A DNA stretch of 64,000 nt from Phycisphaerae bacterium (GCA_963666835.2 CAXXGO010000001.1:1-64000), one strand, 5' to 3'; shown: positions 20,554 through 31,847, counted from the stretch's first letter. Numbers and translations are program-made. Notes: generated by a model not told the origin, from the sequence alone.

Positions 20554-21265
20554 ACTCGCCGTACCGGTCGACGAAGTCCATCTCTCGGTCGTTTTCGTCG
20601 AGCACGCGGGCCAGGTCCGGATCACCGGCGGCTTGGGCACGCAAGCTCTCGGCCCGTTTGCTGAGCGGTTCGTAATACTCGTCCCACCATGCCGACCGCG
20701 GCACGGCGAAGTGATCGAGAACGTCGAAGCCCGCGCGGCGGGCTGTAGCTATATTACCCGACACGTCCGTCATGGCCGGGTACTCCTTCTCCCAGAAGCT
20801 CACCGCTTCAACGGGACGGTCATCCGTAAGCCAACTCACTTCACTCGCGACCAGAAACCCCCGATCGCGCAGCAGAGGCCGCCAGCGCCGCAGCCCCTCC
20901 TCGAAACCGAGGAGGTAGATGGCAGCTTCCGACCAGATCAGATCTATGGAGCCCGGGTCATCGTCGAGACTTCCCATGTCCGCTTGCCGGATCTTGATAA
21001 GCTCGCCCAGCTCCTCGGCCTTTGCCGAATCGCGCAGTTGATCGAGGAACTGCTCGAAGATGTCGACCGCAACAATCGGCACGCCCAACTCCCGGGCCAA
21101 CACCAGCGTCTGCCGACCCGGCCCGCAACCGAGATCCAAGACCCGCGGAGACTCCGGCAGCGGCGGCAGCTTCTGCAGGGCCTTTCGAGTGCATTCATCG
21201 GAACCGGGTCCCTCGCGGGGAATACCGCGGTGGAGCGTCAAAAAAGCAGTCATGTCCGTTTCCAT
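20513..21265 (-). CDS. Class I SAM-dependent methyltransferase
   Basis: PREGPGS, VLDLGCGPG, DLIWSEAAIY, YFGYVFY. Confidence 0.92.
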   Translation of the reverse strand: METDMTAFLTLHRGIPREGPGSDECTRKALQKLPPLPESPRVLDLGCGPGRQTLVLARELGVPIVAVDIFEQFLDQLRDSAKAEELGELIKIRQADMGSLDDDPGSIDLIWSEAAIYLLGFEEGLRRWRPLLRDRGFLVASEVSWLTDDRPVEAVSFWEKEYPAMTDVSGNIATARRAGFDVLDHFAVPRSAWWDEYYEPLSKRAESLRAQAAGDPDLARVLDENDREMDFVDRYGEYFGYVFYLMQRAD

Positions 21266-21575
21266 CGCATGTCTCCTTGCTCTGGTACTCGAGGCCCGCC
21301 GGATTAGACCTGTTCGGCCATCGCCGTGCGGACTAAGCACCGCGGCCCGCGAAGCGGACTCTATCTTGTAGACCAGCGTCGAAGTACGCGGACCCTGGGA
21401 TCGCGTGCAATCAGTCCCTCGGCACGATCTCATCCGGCAAAAGCGCACCGTTTTTCTCACTGGCTATGTCCAGCATGTCGATATTGTACACGACCGGGAG
21501 GGGTAAACACCGCATCCCGCGCCATCGACCGCCATGCAGCATCGGGCTAGCCGAGTTCAATAGACGAGACGGGAA

Positions 21576-22397
21576 ATGACCGCAACGCAATACGAAATCG
21601 GGGTAATCGGAGCCGGGAATGCGGCCGAAGGAATCGTCCACGGGATCCTCCGCAACGCCATGTTGTTTGACGACCGCCTGATTGCCAGTGATCCGATCGC
21701 GGCCAGGCGACAGCTCTTCGCCGACCGATTCAACATCGCCGTGACCGAGGACAATCGCCACGTGGTCAAAGAAAGCTACGTGCTGATCCTGGCCGTGAAA
21801 CCTCAGCAATTCGTCGAGGTCTGCCGGGGTTTCGCCGATCTGATCCGCGAAGATCATCTGATCGTGTCGATCATGGCCGGGGTGTCCACGGCCGCCATCG
21901 AGGCGCAGTTCCCCAACGTCAAAACGCGGGTGGTGCGGGCAATGCCGAACCTGCCCGTTCACGTGGGAGCCGGGATGGCCGCGGTCTGTCGAGGGCAGCA
22001 CGCCAAGGAAGTTGATCTGCTCCGTGCCCAACGGGTGTTTGACGCCGGTGGTCGCTCCATCGTCGTGCAAGACGAAGCCAATATGGACGCCGTAACGGCG
22101 ATCTCCGGGTCCGGACCGGCGTACTTCTACTTTTTCGTCGAAGCGATGACCAACGCCGGAGCCCAGGCCGGGCTGAGTCGCCAGCAGGCGGAAGCCCTGG
22201 CCAAGCAAGCCTGCCTCGGGGCGGCTCGGATGATGCTCGAATCGGGCGATTCACCGAGCGTGCTTCGGGAGAAGGTGACCTCACCCGGCGGCACGACCCA
22301 GGCCGCGCTGGAATCCATGGCCAAAGACGGCGTGGCCACCCATCTGGAGAACGCCATCCTCTCCGCCTGGCGAAGAAGCGTCGAGCTGGGGCGGTAA
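21576..22397 (+). CDS. proC: Pyrroline-5-carboxylate reductase
   Basis: IGAGN, LAVKPQ, RAMPN, SGSGPAY, VTSPGGTT. Confidence 0.97.
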   Translation: MTATQYEIGVIGAGNAAEGIVHGILRNAMLFDDRLIASDPIAARRQLFADRFNIAVTEDNRHVVKESYVLILAVKPQQFVEVCRGFADLIREDHLIVSIMAGVSTAAIEAQFPNVKTRVVRAMPNLPVHVGAGMAAVCRGQHAKEVDLLRAQRVFDAGGRSIVVQDEANMDAVTAISGSGPAYFYFFVEAMTNAGAQAGLSRQQAEALAKQACLGAARMMLESGDSPSVLREKVTSPGGTTQAALESMAKDGVATHLENAILSAWRRSVELGR

Positions 22398-22424
22398 GCC
22401 CCCTCTGCGCCGGCATTGGCTGGT

Positions 22425-23316
22425 GTAGGGCAGCGTCGAGGAACGAGACCTGCCGTCGTTTTGCGCGTGATTCCGGTGACCGTCCGCCGGCCCTTCGGGA
22501 CGGGAGCACGTGGGGCGAACGGCACCCACGGGTTCCGTTGCACTCCACCCGTGGCGTGGGTGCCCCATTCACTCCGGTGTCTGTTGGGCTGGAATAGCCG
22601 CGCCGACTTATCGCCGGAGTGGGTGGGGGACGGATTGAAACCCGAGAGGGATTCGCCTTCCGCAATCAGGGCGTAGGGCAGCATCGTGGCACGAGACCTG
22701 CCGTTGTCTTTCGCGCGACGTGCGTTTTGTGAACGTACGCCGAAGGCGTTCAACAGCAAAGCCCAGGGTAAACGAAGCGGCGCAGCCGCTTCAGTGCCAC
22801 CCTGGGTCACAAAGCCCCTTCCCAGACCAACCCCGAAGTGGGTTGAACAACGGCGGGACCCCGTTGGGGTCCATTCTTGATGCGATCGTGAACCCAGGGT
22901 AGCCGCTGCGCGGCAACCCTGGGCTGTAGGACGTAACGCCGGCGTATTTCGGTACGGAGGAGTACTCTCGCCGGGTGAGGCATGCTCGCGCGGCGGCGTG
23001 TTTCGGTACGCCGGACATTCTCGCGCGGTGGCGCGTTCCCGTGTAGTGAAGCACTCCTGCGCCGTGAGGCATTCCGGTGCTGCGGAGCATTCGCACATTG
23101 CGCGGCGTTTTCGTAGGGGGAGACATTCCCGCGCGGTGCCGCATTCCGGCGTGGCGGGGCGCGAGCGAGTCGCGGCGTATCGGTCAAGGGCGGGTCGCTC
23201 ACGCTCGCCGTACTGATTACGCTGCCCTACCCGCGCCGTACGCGCGGGTGCCCATTCACTCCGGCGTCTGTTGGGCCGGAACAGCCGCGCCGACTTATCG
23301 CCGGAGTGGGTGGGGG
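22425..23316. repeat. Mosaic of REP-like families and an 18-nt degenerate tandem array upstream of the intron
   Basis: Family A (22425, 22673); hairpin family cccattcactccgg...ccggagtgggtgggg (22563-22629, 23250-23316); module shared with 20100-20360; 18-nt array at 23017-23160. Confidence 0.85.
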
Positions 23317-25244
23317 GAAAGCGCCGGTAAGCCGGTGAGGAGTAGTGGATGAGAGAGCCATACGGTGAAGGAATAGCGAACCACACCGACCCCGAGTCAT
23401 ACTGTGGTGTCCGCAAGGGCATGGCGGGAGCGTTGACAGGGGCACGTGCGGGCCGGCCATTGAGCCGTGAAAGCCTTTTACTCCGGAGTGCCGACGCCGT
23501 CCCCCAAGGCGGAAGGCAACACCGGAGGGCGTCGTTAACGCGAGACGCCTTTCGGACTCCGCGCGGTCTTAGAACCCGAGCACGCACGGAAACTCCTCAC
23601 GCGGAACCCGGGAGATCCCGCGTTCGGCCTCGAACATGGCATCGAGGTCCGCAGTGTGAATCCATAGGAGCACGACACTGATGCACGGGCGCGGGAAGTC
23701 GGACAGGCCCATAGTACCGAAGAAGACTGCGAACAACGGTGATCCCCCGGCGGGGAGGTCGTCCGCGGAGCAGTTGGAGGAAAGGGGCCTGGCCAAGGGC
23801 AACTCGATTCGACACGACAGGCACCGTACGCAGAGCCGGGATCGTCTGCAAAGCGGGTTGGATCGGGTACGACAGGCAGCGGTAAAGGATAAGGATTTAC
23901 AGTTCACCACGCTTTGGCACCATGTCTATGATGTCGCTCGCCTCCGGGAGGCGTACTTGAGCCTCAAGCATGCTTCGGCACCGGGGATGGACGGCATGAC
24001 ATGGGAGGCGTACGGCAGGGACCTAGAAGAACACCTCTTGGATCTGTCGGCACGTCTACAGCGCGGAGCGTACCGAGCGAGGCCGGTCAAGCGGGTCTAC
24101 ATTCCGAAACCCGATGGACGGCAGAGACCAATAGGGATTCCCGTGTTGGAAGACAAGATCGTCCAACGGGCGATGACCGATGTGCTCTCGGCTGTCTACG
24201 AGGCAGACTTCCTCGGGTTCTCCTACGGATTTCGACCAGGACGGGACGCCCATCAGGCGTTAAGTGCCCTGACTGTCGGCATCGAGAGGAAGAAGGTGAA
24301 TTGGGTGCTGGATGCAGACATTCGTGGATTCTTCGATGCCATAGACCACGATTGGCTGATCAAGTTCGTCGAGCACCGGATCGCAGACCAGCGTGTCGTG
24401 CGTCACGTGAAGAAGTGGCTGAACGCCGGCGTGCTGGAGGACGGGTGTCGAAGGGACACGGAGACGGGGACGCCGCAGGGGGGCAGTATCAGCCCGCTAT
24501 TGGCGAACATCTATCTCCATTACGCCTTCGACTTGTGGGCCCGCCAATGGCGACGGACGCAAGCTCACGGAGATGTGATTATCGTGAGATATGCGGACGA
24601 CTTCGTGGTGGGATTTCAACAGCGAGAGGATGCCGAGCGGTTTCGGGATGAGCTGACGGATCGCCTCCGGAAGTTCAAGCTGGAGCTACATGCGGACAAG
24701 ACTCGTCTGATTGAGTTCGGCCGTTTTGCGTCGACCAATCGCAAGCGAGAAGGCCGCGGCAAACCGGCGACCTTCGAGTTTCTGGGTTTTCGCCACATCT
24801 GTGGCAAGACCCGGCGTGGGAGGTTCACGGTACTACGGCAGACTGTCGCGAAACGACGGCGTGCGAAGCTCAAAGCGATTAAGCAAGAGCTTCGGCGACG
24901 TATGCATGCCCCCGTCCGAGAGGTGGGCGCGTATTTGCGGGCGGTGGTTCGCGGGGTACTATCAGTATTATGCGGTACCGCGGAACTACCCGGCCTTAAC
25001 GGCATTTCGGGATGAGGTTGTCCGTCTTTGGCGCTGGACGCTCCGGCGTCGCAGCGAGAAGACTCGGATTACCTGGGCCCGCATGAACCGTTTGGCCAAG
25101 CAGTGGATACCTGCTCCCAAAATCCTACATCCTTACCCCGACCGACACCAGGCCGTTATGACCCAAGGCAGGAGCCCAGTGCGGTAGTCCCGCACGCTGG
25201 GATCTGTGGAGGGGGTCCCGGGTAACCGGGATTCCTACTCCGAC
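23317..25244 (+). mobile_element. Group II intron (resembles bacterial class E)
   Basis: Domain V/VI gagcccagtgcggtagtcccgcacgctgggatctgtggagggggtcccgggtaaccgggattcctactccgac. Boundaries were set by comparison with the empty target copy at 22600-22668. Confidence 0.9.
23681..25187 (+). CDS. ltrA: Group II intron reverse transcriptase/maturase, apparent +1 frameshift near 24953-24956
   Basis: [50 protein letters not shown]. The X domain continues in another frame (GYYQYYAVP...LRRRS...ILHPYP). No endonuclease domain is visible. Confidence 0.92.
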
Positions 25245-25389
25245 ACGGATTGAAACCCGAGAGGGATTCGCCTTCCGCAATCAGCCTTTACGGCAGGTCT
25301 CGTTCCTCGACGCTGCCCTACATGCGCCATACGCTCAGGTTGGACGTCGCGGATTCCAATGTGTTGCCGTCAACAGTAGTATTCGGAGC

Positions 25390-26068
25390 ATGATCATCAC
25401 GGTTGACGGGCCGGCCGGCTCGGGGAAATCGACGGCGGCGCGAGGGCTGGCCGCAAGGTTGGGAATCGCATACCTGGACACCGGGGCGATGTACCGCGCC
25501 GCGGCCCATGCCATGCTGACGCGGGGGGGGCGATCCGGCGGACGGGGAGGCCTTGGCGGCGCTGACCAAATCGCTGCGGATCGAACTGGACTGCGGACCG
25601 AGCCATACGCGGGTGCTGGCCGACGGGCGCGACGTCAGCGACGCCATCCGCACGATGGCGGTAAGCCGGGTCACGTCGCAAGTCGCCTCGCACGCCGCGG
25701 TCCGGGCGGTGCTTGTCGAAGAACAAAAGAGAATCGGGCAGACGCTGGGATCCTTCGTGACCGAGGGACGCGATCAAGGCACTGCGGTCTTCCCGGACGC
25801 GGACGCGCGTTTTCTTCTTGAGGCATCTCTTGAGGAACGGGCCGCGCGCCGACATCTGGAGCTGACCCGCGGCGGCGAACAGGTCACCCGTAAGGAAGTC
25901 GCGGACAACCTCCGAGCGCGTGACCAGGCCGATTCGAAACACTGGGAGCCCCTGCGGACTTCCGGGAAGGTTCTGATCGTCGACACCTCTAACCTGGGGA
26001 TCAAGGAAGTGGTCGACCGGATGGTCGAACTCCTGGCCGACCGCGGACTGCTGAGCCGCAACACGTAG
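25390..26068 (+). CDS. cmk: Cytidylate kinase, apparent +1 frameshift in G8 run at 25523-25530
   Basis: [14 protein letters not shown]...[10 protein letters not shown] in one frame; [15 protein letters not shown]...ERAARR...RDQAD in the next. Confidence 0.9.
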
Positions 26069-26363
26069 GGGGGGGTACGGACCTGTGGCTTAGGAGCCGT
26101 CTCGCCTGCGTCAACGCTGGCGAATCGACGCCGTTTCTTTCACTCTGTCAGGGTGATTGGGGTCGTTGGGCCCCCACCCGGGGGCGGCGGCCGCTGCGCG
26201 GCCTTGCCCCCGTCTACTATCTTGCAGGCTTTCAGCCTGAACACGGGGCCGGCTTAACGCCCCTTGCTGAAGAAGAAGCCGCGCCATGCGGCCTTTCAGC
26301 CTGTGAAGGGAACCGCTACGGAGTCGGACGGATTCGCGGATTCGCTCGACTCTCCGGGCCTCG

Positions 26364-26392
26364 TTGACAGGAGGCTCACCGCATGGTAACCT
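26364..26392 (+). promoter_or_regulatory. Putative sigma-70 promoter upstream of aroF
   Basis: TTGACA-N17-TAACCT with a TG extended -10. Confidence 0.55.
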
Positions 26393-26516
26393 ACTTGGCT
26401 CGCGCTTCGAGGGACGTAACGCCTTATTTTAACGAAGTTTGCGCGATTCCGGTGACGGGCCGGCGCGGGGTCCGAGCCGAGAGTCCGTGCGGAACTTCAC
26501 AGGTGACATCCTCCCC

Positions 26517-27596
26517 ATGGACATGATCGTCATCATGCGGACGACGGCCACCGCCCACGATGTGGAGCGGGTGGTCGAGCGCGTCGAAGAGCTTGGCCTC
26601 ATCGCGCATCCGTCCAAGGGTGAGTTTCGTGCCATTGTCGGAGCGATTGGGGAGCGAACGCCTCAGGTCGAGCAACAGCTCGCCCAGTTGTCCGGGGTCG
26701 ATGAGGTCGTGGCGGTCGCTCAGCCGTACAAACTCGCCTCGCGCGAGTTTCAAGAGGCTGACACCATCCTGGATATTAAGGGCATCCGGGTGGGCGGGCC
26801 GCACGTGAATATCATCGCCGGCCCGTGTGCGATCGAGAGCCGGGAGATCCTGTTCAGCGTCGGTACGGTTGCCCGCGAGGCCGGGGCGGCCATCCTGCGG
26901 GGTGGGGCTTACAAGCCGCGGACGTCACCGTACTCGTTCAGCGGAATGGGGCGGGAAGGGTTGGAACTGCTCAAGGAGGCCGGGGAAGAGCTGGGTATGC
27001 CGACGATCACGGAAGTCGTCGATCCGCGCGATGTGGAAACGGTTTACGAGTTCGCGGACATTTTCCAGATCGGGGCTCGGAACATGCAGAACTTCAACCT
27101 CCTGTTGGAGGTTGGCAAGACTGACAAGCCGGTGTTCATCAAACGCGGGCTGGCCGCGTCGGTGACCGACCTGCTCATGTCAGCCGAGTATGTGCTGAGC
27201 CAGGGTAACCACCGGGTCATCGTGTGCGAGCGCGGTATCCGAACATTTTCCAGCGACACCCGTTTCACCCTGGATGTGTCGGCCGTGCCGGTGATTCAGG
27301 AGCGGTCGCACTTGCCGGTGTACATTGACCCGTCGCATGCGGCCGGCAAGCGTGATCTGGTACCGGCGCTGGCGCTGGCGGGGATTGCGGCCGGGGCGGC
27401 CGGAGCGATTGTAGAGGTGCACACCTGTCCGGACCGGGCTCTTTGTGACGGTCCGCAGGCGGTGTTGCCGAAGAGGTTTGTGACTCTGATGGAGCAGATT
27501 CGCGATATCGCCGAAGTCGTCGGGCATCGCGTGACCATGTGGGGGCGCGAGGAATCGCCCGCTCCCCGTCGCTCGGTTGGCGGCTGGGCGACGTGA
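26517..27596 (+). CDS. aroF: DAHP synthase class I-beta with N-terminal regulatory domain
   Basis: IAGPCAIES, RGGAYKPRTSPYSF, QIGARNMQN, ERGIRTF, DPSH. Confidence 0.95.
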   Translation: MDMIVIMRTTATAHDVERVVERVEELGLIAHPSKGEFRAIVGAIGERTPQVEQQLAQLSGVDEVVAVAQPYKLASREFQEADTILDIKGIRVGGPHVNIIAGPCAIESREILFSVGTVAREAGAAILRGGAYKPRTSPYSFSGMGREGLELLKEAGEELGMPTITEVVDPRDVETVYEFADIFQIGARNMQNFNLLLEVGKTDKPVFIKRGLAASVTDLLMSAEYVLSQGNHRVIVCERGIRTFSSDTRFTLDVSAVPVIQERSHLPVYIDPSHAAGKRDLVPALALAGIAAGAAGAIVEVHTCPDRALCDGPQAVLPKRFVTLMEQIRDIAEVVGHRVTMWGREESPAPRRSVGGWAT

Positions 27597-27702
27597 TCAA
27601 CCTGCTCGTTAGTTGAGATGGGGAATTGATACGCAGGACCGTTGCGGTCTGGCATCCGCGGCTTAAAGACTGGTTCGTGGTTCTTAAACGATGGAGCAAC
27701 CT

Positions 27703-28473
27703 ATGAGAACACCACTGATCGCCGGCAATTGGAAGATGCACAAGAACTTGGCCCAGGCCCACGAGCTGGTCTCGGGCATTCTCGACGGTGCGAAGGGCGT
27801 GCCGGGCGTTGATGTTCTGATCTGCCCGCCGTTCCAGCTTCTGGTTCCCATGGCCGAGGCGCTGGCCGGCACGAAGGTCATGCTGGGCGCCCAGAACGCG
27901 CACGAGGCGGACCAGGGGGCGTTTACGGGTGAGGTCTCGGTGCCGATGCTCAAGGACGCGGGCTGCTCGCACGTGATTATCGGTCACAGCGAACGCAGGC
28001 ACGTTTTCGGTGAGCCGGGCGACCGGCTGGCCAAGAAGGTGCAGGCGGTAGTGGGGCACGGGCTCACCGCAGTCTATTGCGTCGGCGAGACTCTTAAGGA
28101 GCGCGAGGCGGATCGGACGCATGCGGTGGTAGAAAACCAGATGGACGAGGTGGTCACGGCCGACATCCCGGCTGAACGTCTCATAATCGCGTACGAGCCG
28201 GTCTGGGCGATCGGAACGGGCAAGACGGCCTCTCCGGAGCAGGCTCAGGATGTTCACGCGATGATCCGGGCGAAACTGGCCTCAATCTATGGGCAAACGA
28301 CGGCTGACACGGTCCGGATTCTCTACGGTGGCAGTGTTAAGCCGGGTAATGCGGCGGATCTGGCCTCCCGGCCGGACATTGACGGGGCTCTGGTCGGCGG
28401 AGCTTGTTTGGTCGCGGCCGATTTTGTGGCTATCATAGCCGCCGCGGCAACGGTATTGACGGGTACTCGTTGA
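27703..28473 (+). CDS. tpiA: Triosephosphate isomerase
   Basis: IAGNWKM, GHSERR, AYEPVWAIGTG, YGGSVK. Confidence 0.98.
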   Translation: MRTPLIAGNWKMHKNLAQAHELVSGILDGAKGVPGVDVLICPPFQLLVPMAEALAGTKVMLGAQNAHEADQGAFTGEVSVPMLKDAGCSHVIIGHSERRHVFGEPGDRLAKKVQAVVGHGLTAVYCVGETLKEREADRTHAVVENQMDEVVTADIPAERLIIAYEPVWAIGTGKTASPEQAQDVHAMIRAKLASIYGQTTADTVRILYGGSVKPGNAADLASRPDIDGALVGGACLVAADFVAIIAAAATVLTGTR

Positions 28474-28567
28474 ACCTGCCCGCCGGTGGTAGGCGGGGGG
28501 CGAGTATGGCGATCGAGGCGGCGGCCCGCCGGATCGCGACACGGGTGTTTTTCGCAAGGGCGTTTTC

Positions 28568-29080
28568 ATGCATTCGCTTGCTGAAGTGAGTTGGCTACAG
28601 TGGTTCCTCATTATGGCGATCATCGCGGTCTGCCTGTTCTTGATGCTGGTTATTCTTCTGCAGCGCGGTCGCGGCGGCGGATTGGCCGGCGCGTTCGGTG
28701 GTGCGGGGGGTAGCAGTGCGTTCGGAGCCAAGACCGGCGACGTTTTCACCTGGGTTACGGTGGGCGTGGCGGTCGTGTTCCTCCTACTGACGGTGGCGGC
28801 CAACTTCGCGCTGGATCAGTCGCCCGACCGGCGCGTTCCGGCCTCGGACGTCGCTTCGGAGGAGAAGCCGAAGTCTACGACCGAGTCGACTGCCCCGGTT
28901 GATGTCCAACCGGTGACCGTTCCGGTGGAGGGGGCGGCGCCGATTGATACTACGCCGCCAGCCGAGGAAGAGACCGAGGCTCCGACTGAAGCGCCGACCG
29001 AATCCGGTGAGGCCGCTTCTGATGAGGGCGAGACTACGGAACCGGGTACGGTTGGGGGTGAGGAATCGCCCAGCCCATGA
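28568..29080 (+). CDS. secG: Preprotein translocase subunit SecG with acidic C-terminal extension
   Basis: [17 protein letters not shown]; located downstream of tpiA. Confidence 0.92.
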   Translation: MHSLAEVSWLQWFLIMAIIAVCLFLMLVILLQRGRGGGLAGAFGGAGGSSAFGAKTGDVFTWVTVGVAVVFLLLTVAANFALDQSPDRRVPASDVASEEKPKSTTESTAPVDVQPVTVPVEGAAPIDTTPPAEEETEAPTEAPTESGEAASDEGETTEPGTVGGEESPSP

Positions 29081-29961
29081 TTCAGTCCATGACGGGCTAC
29101 GGTGCGGCGGAGCACGTTGAGGGTGGCGTGCGTTACGCGCTGGAGGTCCGGAGTGTCAATCACCGCTACCAGAAGCTTCTGATCAAGCTTCCGGAGTATC
29201 TGCAGTTCACCGAGAGCACCGTCGAGAAGGCGGTGCGCAAACGGATTGTCCGAGGCAGTGCGAGCTGTACTCTCAGGGTCCAGGGTGAAGACGGCGGTGA
29301 TTTGTGCCCGATCAATGCGAGGGTGCTGCAAGCGTATCTGGAGCAGCTCAAAGACGTTCGGGTGCCTGACGGCCTCGAGGTCACTGTCGATCTCAGTGCG
29401 ATGGTGACGCTGCCGGGCGTGATTCACTCGCCCGAGCTCGACGACGAGGCCCGGCGCCGGCAGACGGAACTGGTTGCGGGGCTGGCCGGTCGGGCGGTGG
29501 ACGCTTTGATCGAGATGCGGCGTGAGGAGGGTCGGGCGCTGCGCGAGGCTCTGCTGTCCTGCACGGCGGTGATTCGGGAACGGTTGGAACGGATCACCGA
29601 GCGGGCTCCGGTCGTGATCAACGAGTATCACGAACGGCTGAAGTCGCGAGTTGCTACATTGATGGAGGCCGGGGGCTTCGAGCTGCAAGTGGACGGTCTG
29701 GCTCGGGAGGTGGCGGTCTTTGCGGAGCGATGTGACATCAGCGAGGAACTGACCCGTTTAGCCTCCCATCTCGATCAGTTTGTTGAACTGTGCGACAAGG
29801 GTGAGCCGGTGGGGCGGACGATGGACTTTCTGGCGCAGGAGCTTCTCCGGGAGGCCAACACGATCGCCTCGAAGAGCAACGACGCGGCAATCGCCCGGGA
29901 TATCGTGGAGACCAAAGCGATCATCGACCGGTTGAAGGAACAAGTGCAGAATGTCGAGTGA
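29077..29961 (+). CDS. yicC: YicC/YloC family endoribonuclease
   Basis: [39 protein letters not shown]. Confidence 0.95.
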   Translation: MIQSMTGYGAAEHVEGGVRYALEVRSVNHRYQKLLIKLPEYLQFTESTVEKAVRKRIVRGSASCTLRVQGEDGGDLCPINARVLQAYLEQLKDVRVPDGLEVTVDLSAMVTLPGVIHSPELDDEARRRQTELVAGLAGRAVDALIEMRREEGRALREALLSCTAVIRERLERITERAPVVINEYHERLKSRVATLMEAGGFELQVDGLAREVAVFAERCDISEELTRLASHLDQFVELCDKGEPVGRTMDFLAQELLREANTIASKSNDAAIARDIVETKAIIDRLKEQVQNVE

Positions 29962-30556
29962 GTCGCTCAGGGGTGCCTCGCCGGTTCCGGGACGCCTGAT
30001 CGTGATAAGCGGGCCGTCCGGAGCGGGCAAGACTTCGATCTGTCGGGCGCTGTTGGAGCGGCTGGACGATGCGGTGTGGAGCGTGTCGGCCACAACTCGG
30101 CCGCAACGTCCGGGGGAGACGGCGGGGGAGAGCTACGAGTTTCTGACGCCTGCCGAGTTTGAGCGCCGCCGCGCTGCGGGAGATTTTCTGGAGAGCGCCG
30201 AATACGTCGGACACTGGTACGGCACTCTGCGCAAGCCGGTGGAGGAGGCCCTGTCGCGCGGAAGCAACGTTTTGCTGGATATAGATGTGCAAGGCGGTCG
30301 GCAGGTGGCCGCGGCGATGCCTGATTCGGTTCGGATCTTCGTGCTGCCGCCGCAGCGAGCGGCGTTGCGGGCTCGGCTGGAGGGTCGCAAGACCGAAGGC
30401 GAGGATCAGCTCGCCAAGCGGGTCGCCGAGGCCGATCGAGAGATTTCCGTTGCCCGCGAGAGTGGGTGCTATCAGTATTTTGTCACCAACGACGTCCTGG
30501 AGACGGCGATCGAGGACGTCAGGGATATCATCCTGAAGGAGAGAATGCAGGCATGA
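29951..30556 (+). CDS. gmk: Guanylate kinase
   Basis: ISGPSGAGKT, SVSATTRPQRPGE, YGT, DIDVQGG. Confidence 0.96.
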   Translation: MSSESLRGASPVPGRLIVISGPSGAGKTSICRALLERLDDAVWSVSATTRPQRPGETAGESYEFLTPAEFERRRAAGDFLESAEYVGHWYGTLRKPVEEALSRGSNVLLDIDVQGGRQVAAAMPDSVRIFVLPPQRAALRARLEGRKTEGEDQLAKRVAEADREISVARESGCYQYFVTNDVLETAIEDVRDIILKERMQA

Positions 30557-30780
30557 TCGAAGCACTTCGTGACGATGACATTATCAAGAAGATGGGCGGG
30601 CGTTTCAAACTGGTCGCTCTGATTCAGCGCCGTTGGCTCCAGCTCATGCAGGGCGCCCCGCCGATGATCGAGACCAAGGGCTTGACCGACATGGAAGTCG
30701 TTGTGAGGGAGATTGTCGAAGGCAAGATCGACATGTCCCTGGAAGATTCGCCGGAGGTCGAGGATGACCTCGAAGTCTGA
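30553..30780 (+). CDS. rpoZ: RNA polymerase omega subunit
   Basis: MIEALRDDDIIKKMGGRFKLVALIQRR; lies between gmk and coaC. Confidence 0.88.
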   Translation: MIEALRDDDIIKKMGGRFKLVALIQRRWLQLMQGAPPMIETKGLTDMEVVVREIVEGKIDMSLEDSPEVEDDLEV

Positions 30781-31369
30781 CGCCTCTTCCCATTCGGTGG
30801 ATCTGTCCGGCTACAATGTTCTGGTCGGTGTGTGCGGCGGGATCGCTGCGTATAAGGTCTGCCAGGTTGTCTCTGAGCTTAATCAGCGCGGTGCGGACGT
30901 GACCGTGGCGATGACCCGAGCGGCGCGCCGGTTCGTCGGGCCGGTTACCTTTCAGGCGTTAACCGGGCGGGCGGTGCTGACCAGTTTGTGGGCGCGCCGC
31001 GCAGAGGAGTCCGTTCAGCATATCGAGCGTACCGAAGCGGCGGACCTGATGTTGATCGCGCCCGCTACGGCCAATCTGATCGGGAAGATCGCTGCCGGGA
31101 TCGCTGACGACCTCGTCTCGACCATGGTGATGAGTGCCGCTTCGCCGGTGATATTGGCTCCGGCAATGAACGAGCGGATGTGGGGCAATCCGATCGTGGC
31201 GCGCAACGTCGCCTTTCTGCGGGAACAGGGTTACGTTTTCGTGGGTCCGGGCGAAGGGCGGCTGGCCTGCGGGAGCGTCGGAGCGGGGCGAATGGTCGAA
31301 CCGCGCGAGATTGTCGACGCGATCGTCCCCCGGTTGAAATCGGCTCCACCCAAAGCAACATTGCCCTGA
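30764..31369 (+). CDS. coaC: Phosphopantothenoylcysteine decarboxylase (stand-alone CoaC half)
   Basis: GGIAAYK, APATAN, APAMN..MW, GRLACG..GAGRM. Confidence 0.92.
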   Translation: MTSKSDASSHSVDLSGYNVLVGVCGGIAAYKVCQVVSELNQRGADVTVAMTRAARRFVGPVTFQALTGRAVLTSLWARRAEESVQHIERTEAADLMLIAPATANLIGKIAAGIADDLVSTMVMSAASPVILAPAMNERMWGNPIVARNVAFLREQGYVFVGPGEGRLACGSVGAGRMVEPREIVDAIVPRLKSAPPKATLP

Positions 31370-31388
31370 TGCATTATAGTGCCGGAAT

Positions 31389-31760
31389 TATGGCACAACA
31401 CGGGCCGACACGTTGGCCCTTGCCACCCGTCAACAAGTTGGCCCATGCCACCCATCCGGCGGTGATGACGTGAGGATGGCATGGAAAAACTCATGAGAGG
31501 CGGGTGTGCCACTGCTCTTGAGCAGTGCAGGGGCATGATGGGTGGCATGGGCAAGCGTTGCCGGCTAGCAGTGGATAGTGCCGTTGATTGGCGATCACAC
31601 ACGAATGGTAGAGGTGGTTGCCGCTTGCCCGTGGCGGATGTTGCCGGGGGCGGCGGCGTTCAGCGGTTTCAGGGTGATCCGGCTACGTGGCGTGGTATCT
31701 AGTTTGTGTACTGCTAAGGGTGTGGCACAACACGGGCCAACAAGTTGGCCCATGCCACCC
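31389..31760. repeat. Palindromic repeat family (caacaagttggcccatgccaccc) between coaC and coaB
   Basis: Copies near 31395-31453, 31540 and 31725-31760; reverse-complement relatives at ~3274-3302 and ~3681-3710. Confidence 0.75.
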
Positions 31761-31847
31761 GCCAGGGACAAGCCCTGGCGCTACATTGGTTTACGGCCTC
31801 TTCTTCGCTTGGGTGAATAATCCGGGCTAGTTGGATGTCTTCGAACC

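Noticed and set aside
22127..23587. 486-aa minus-strand ORF
   Set aside because: It runs antisense through proC, repeats and intron RNA, and the translation is repeat-derived.
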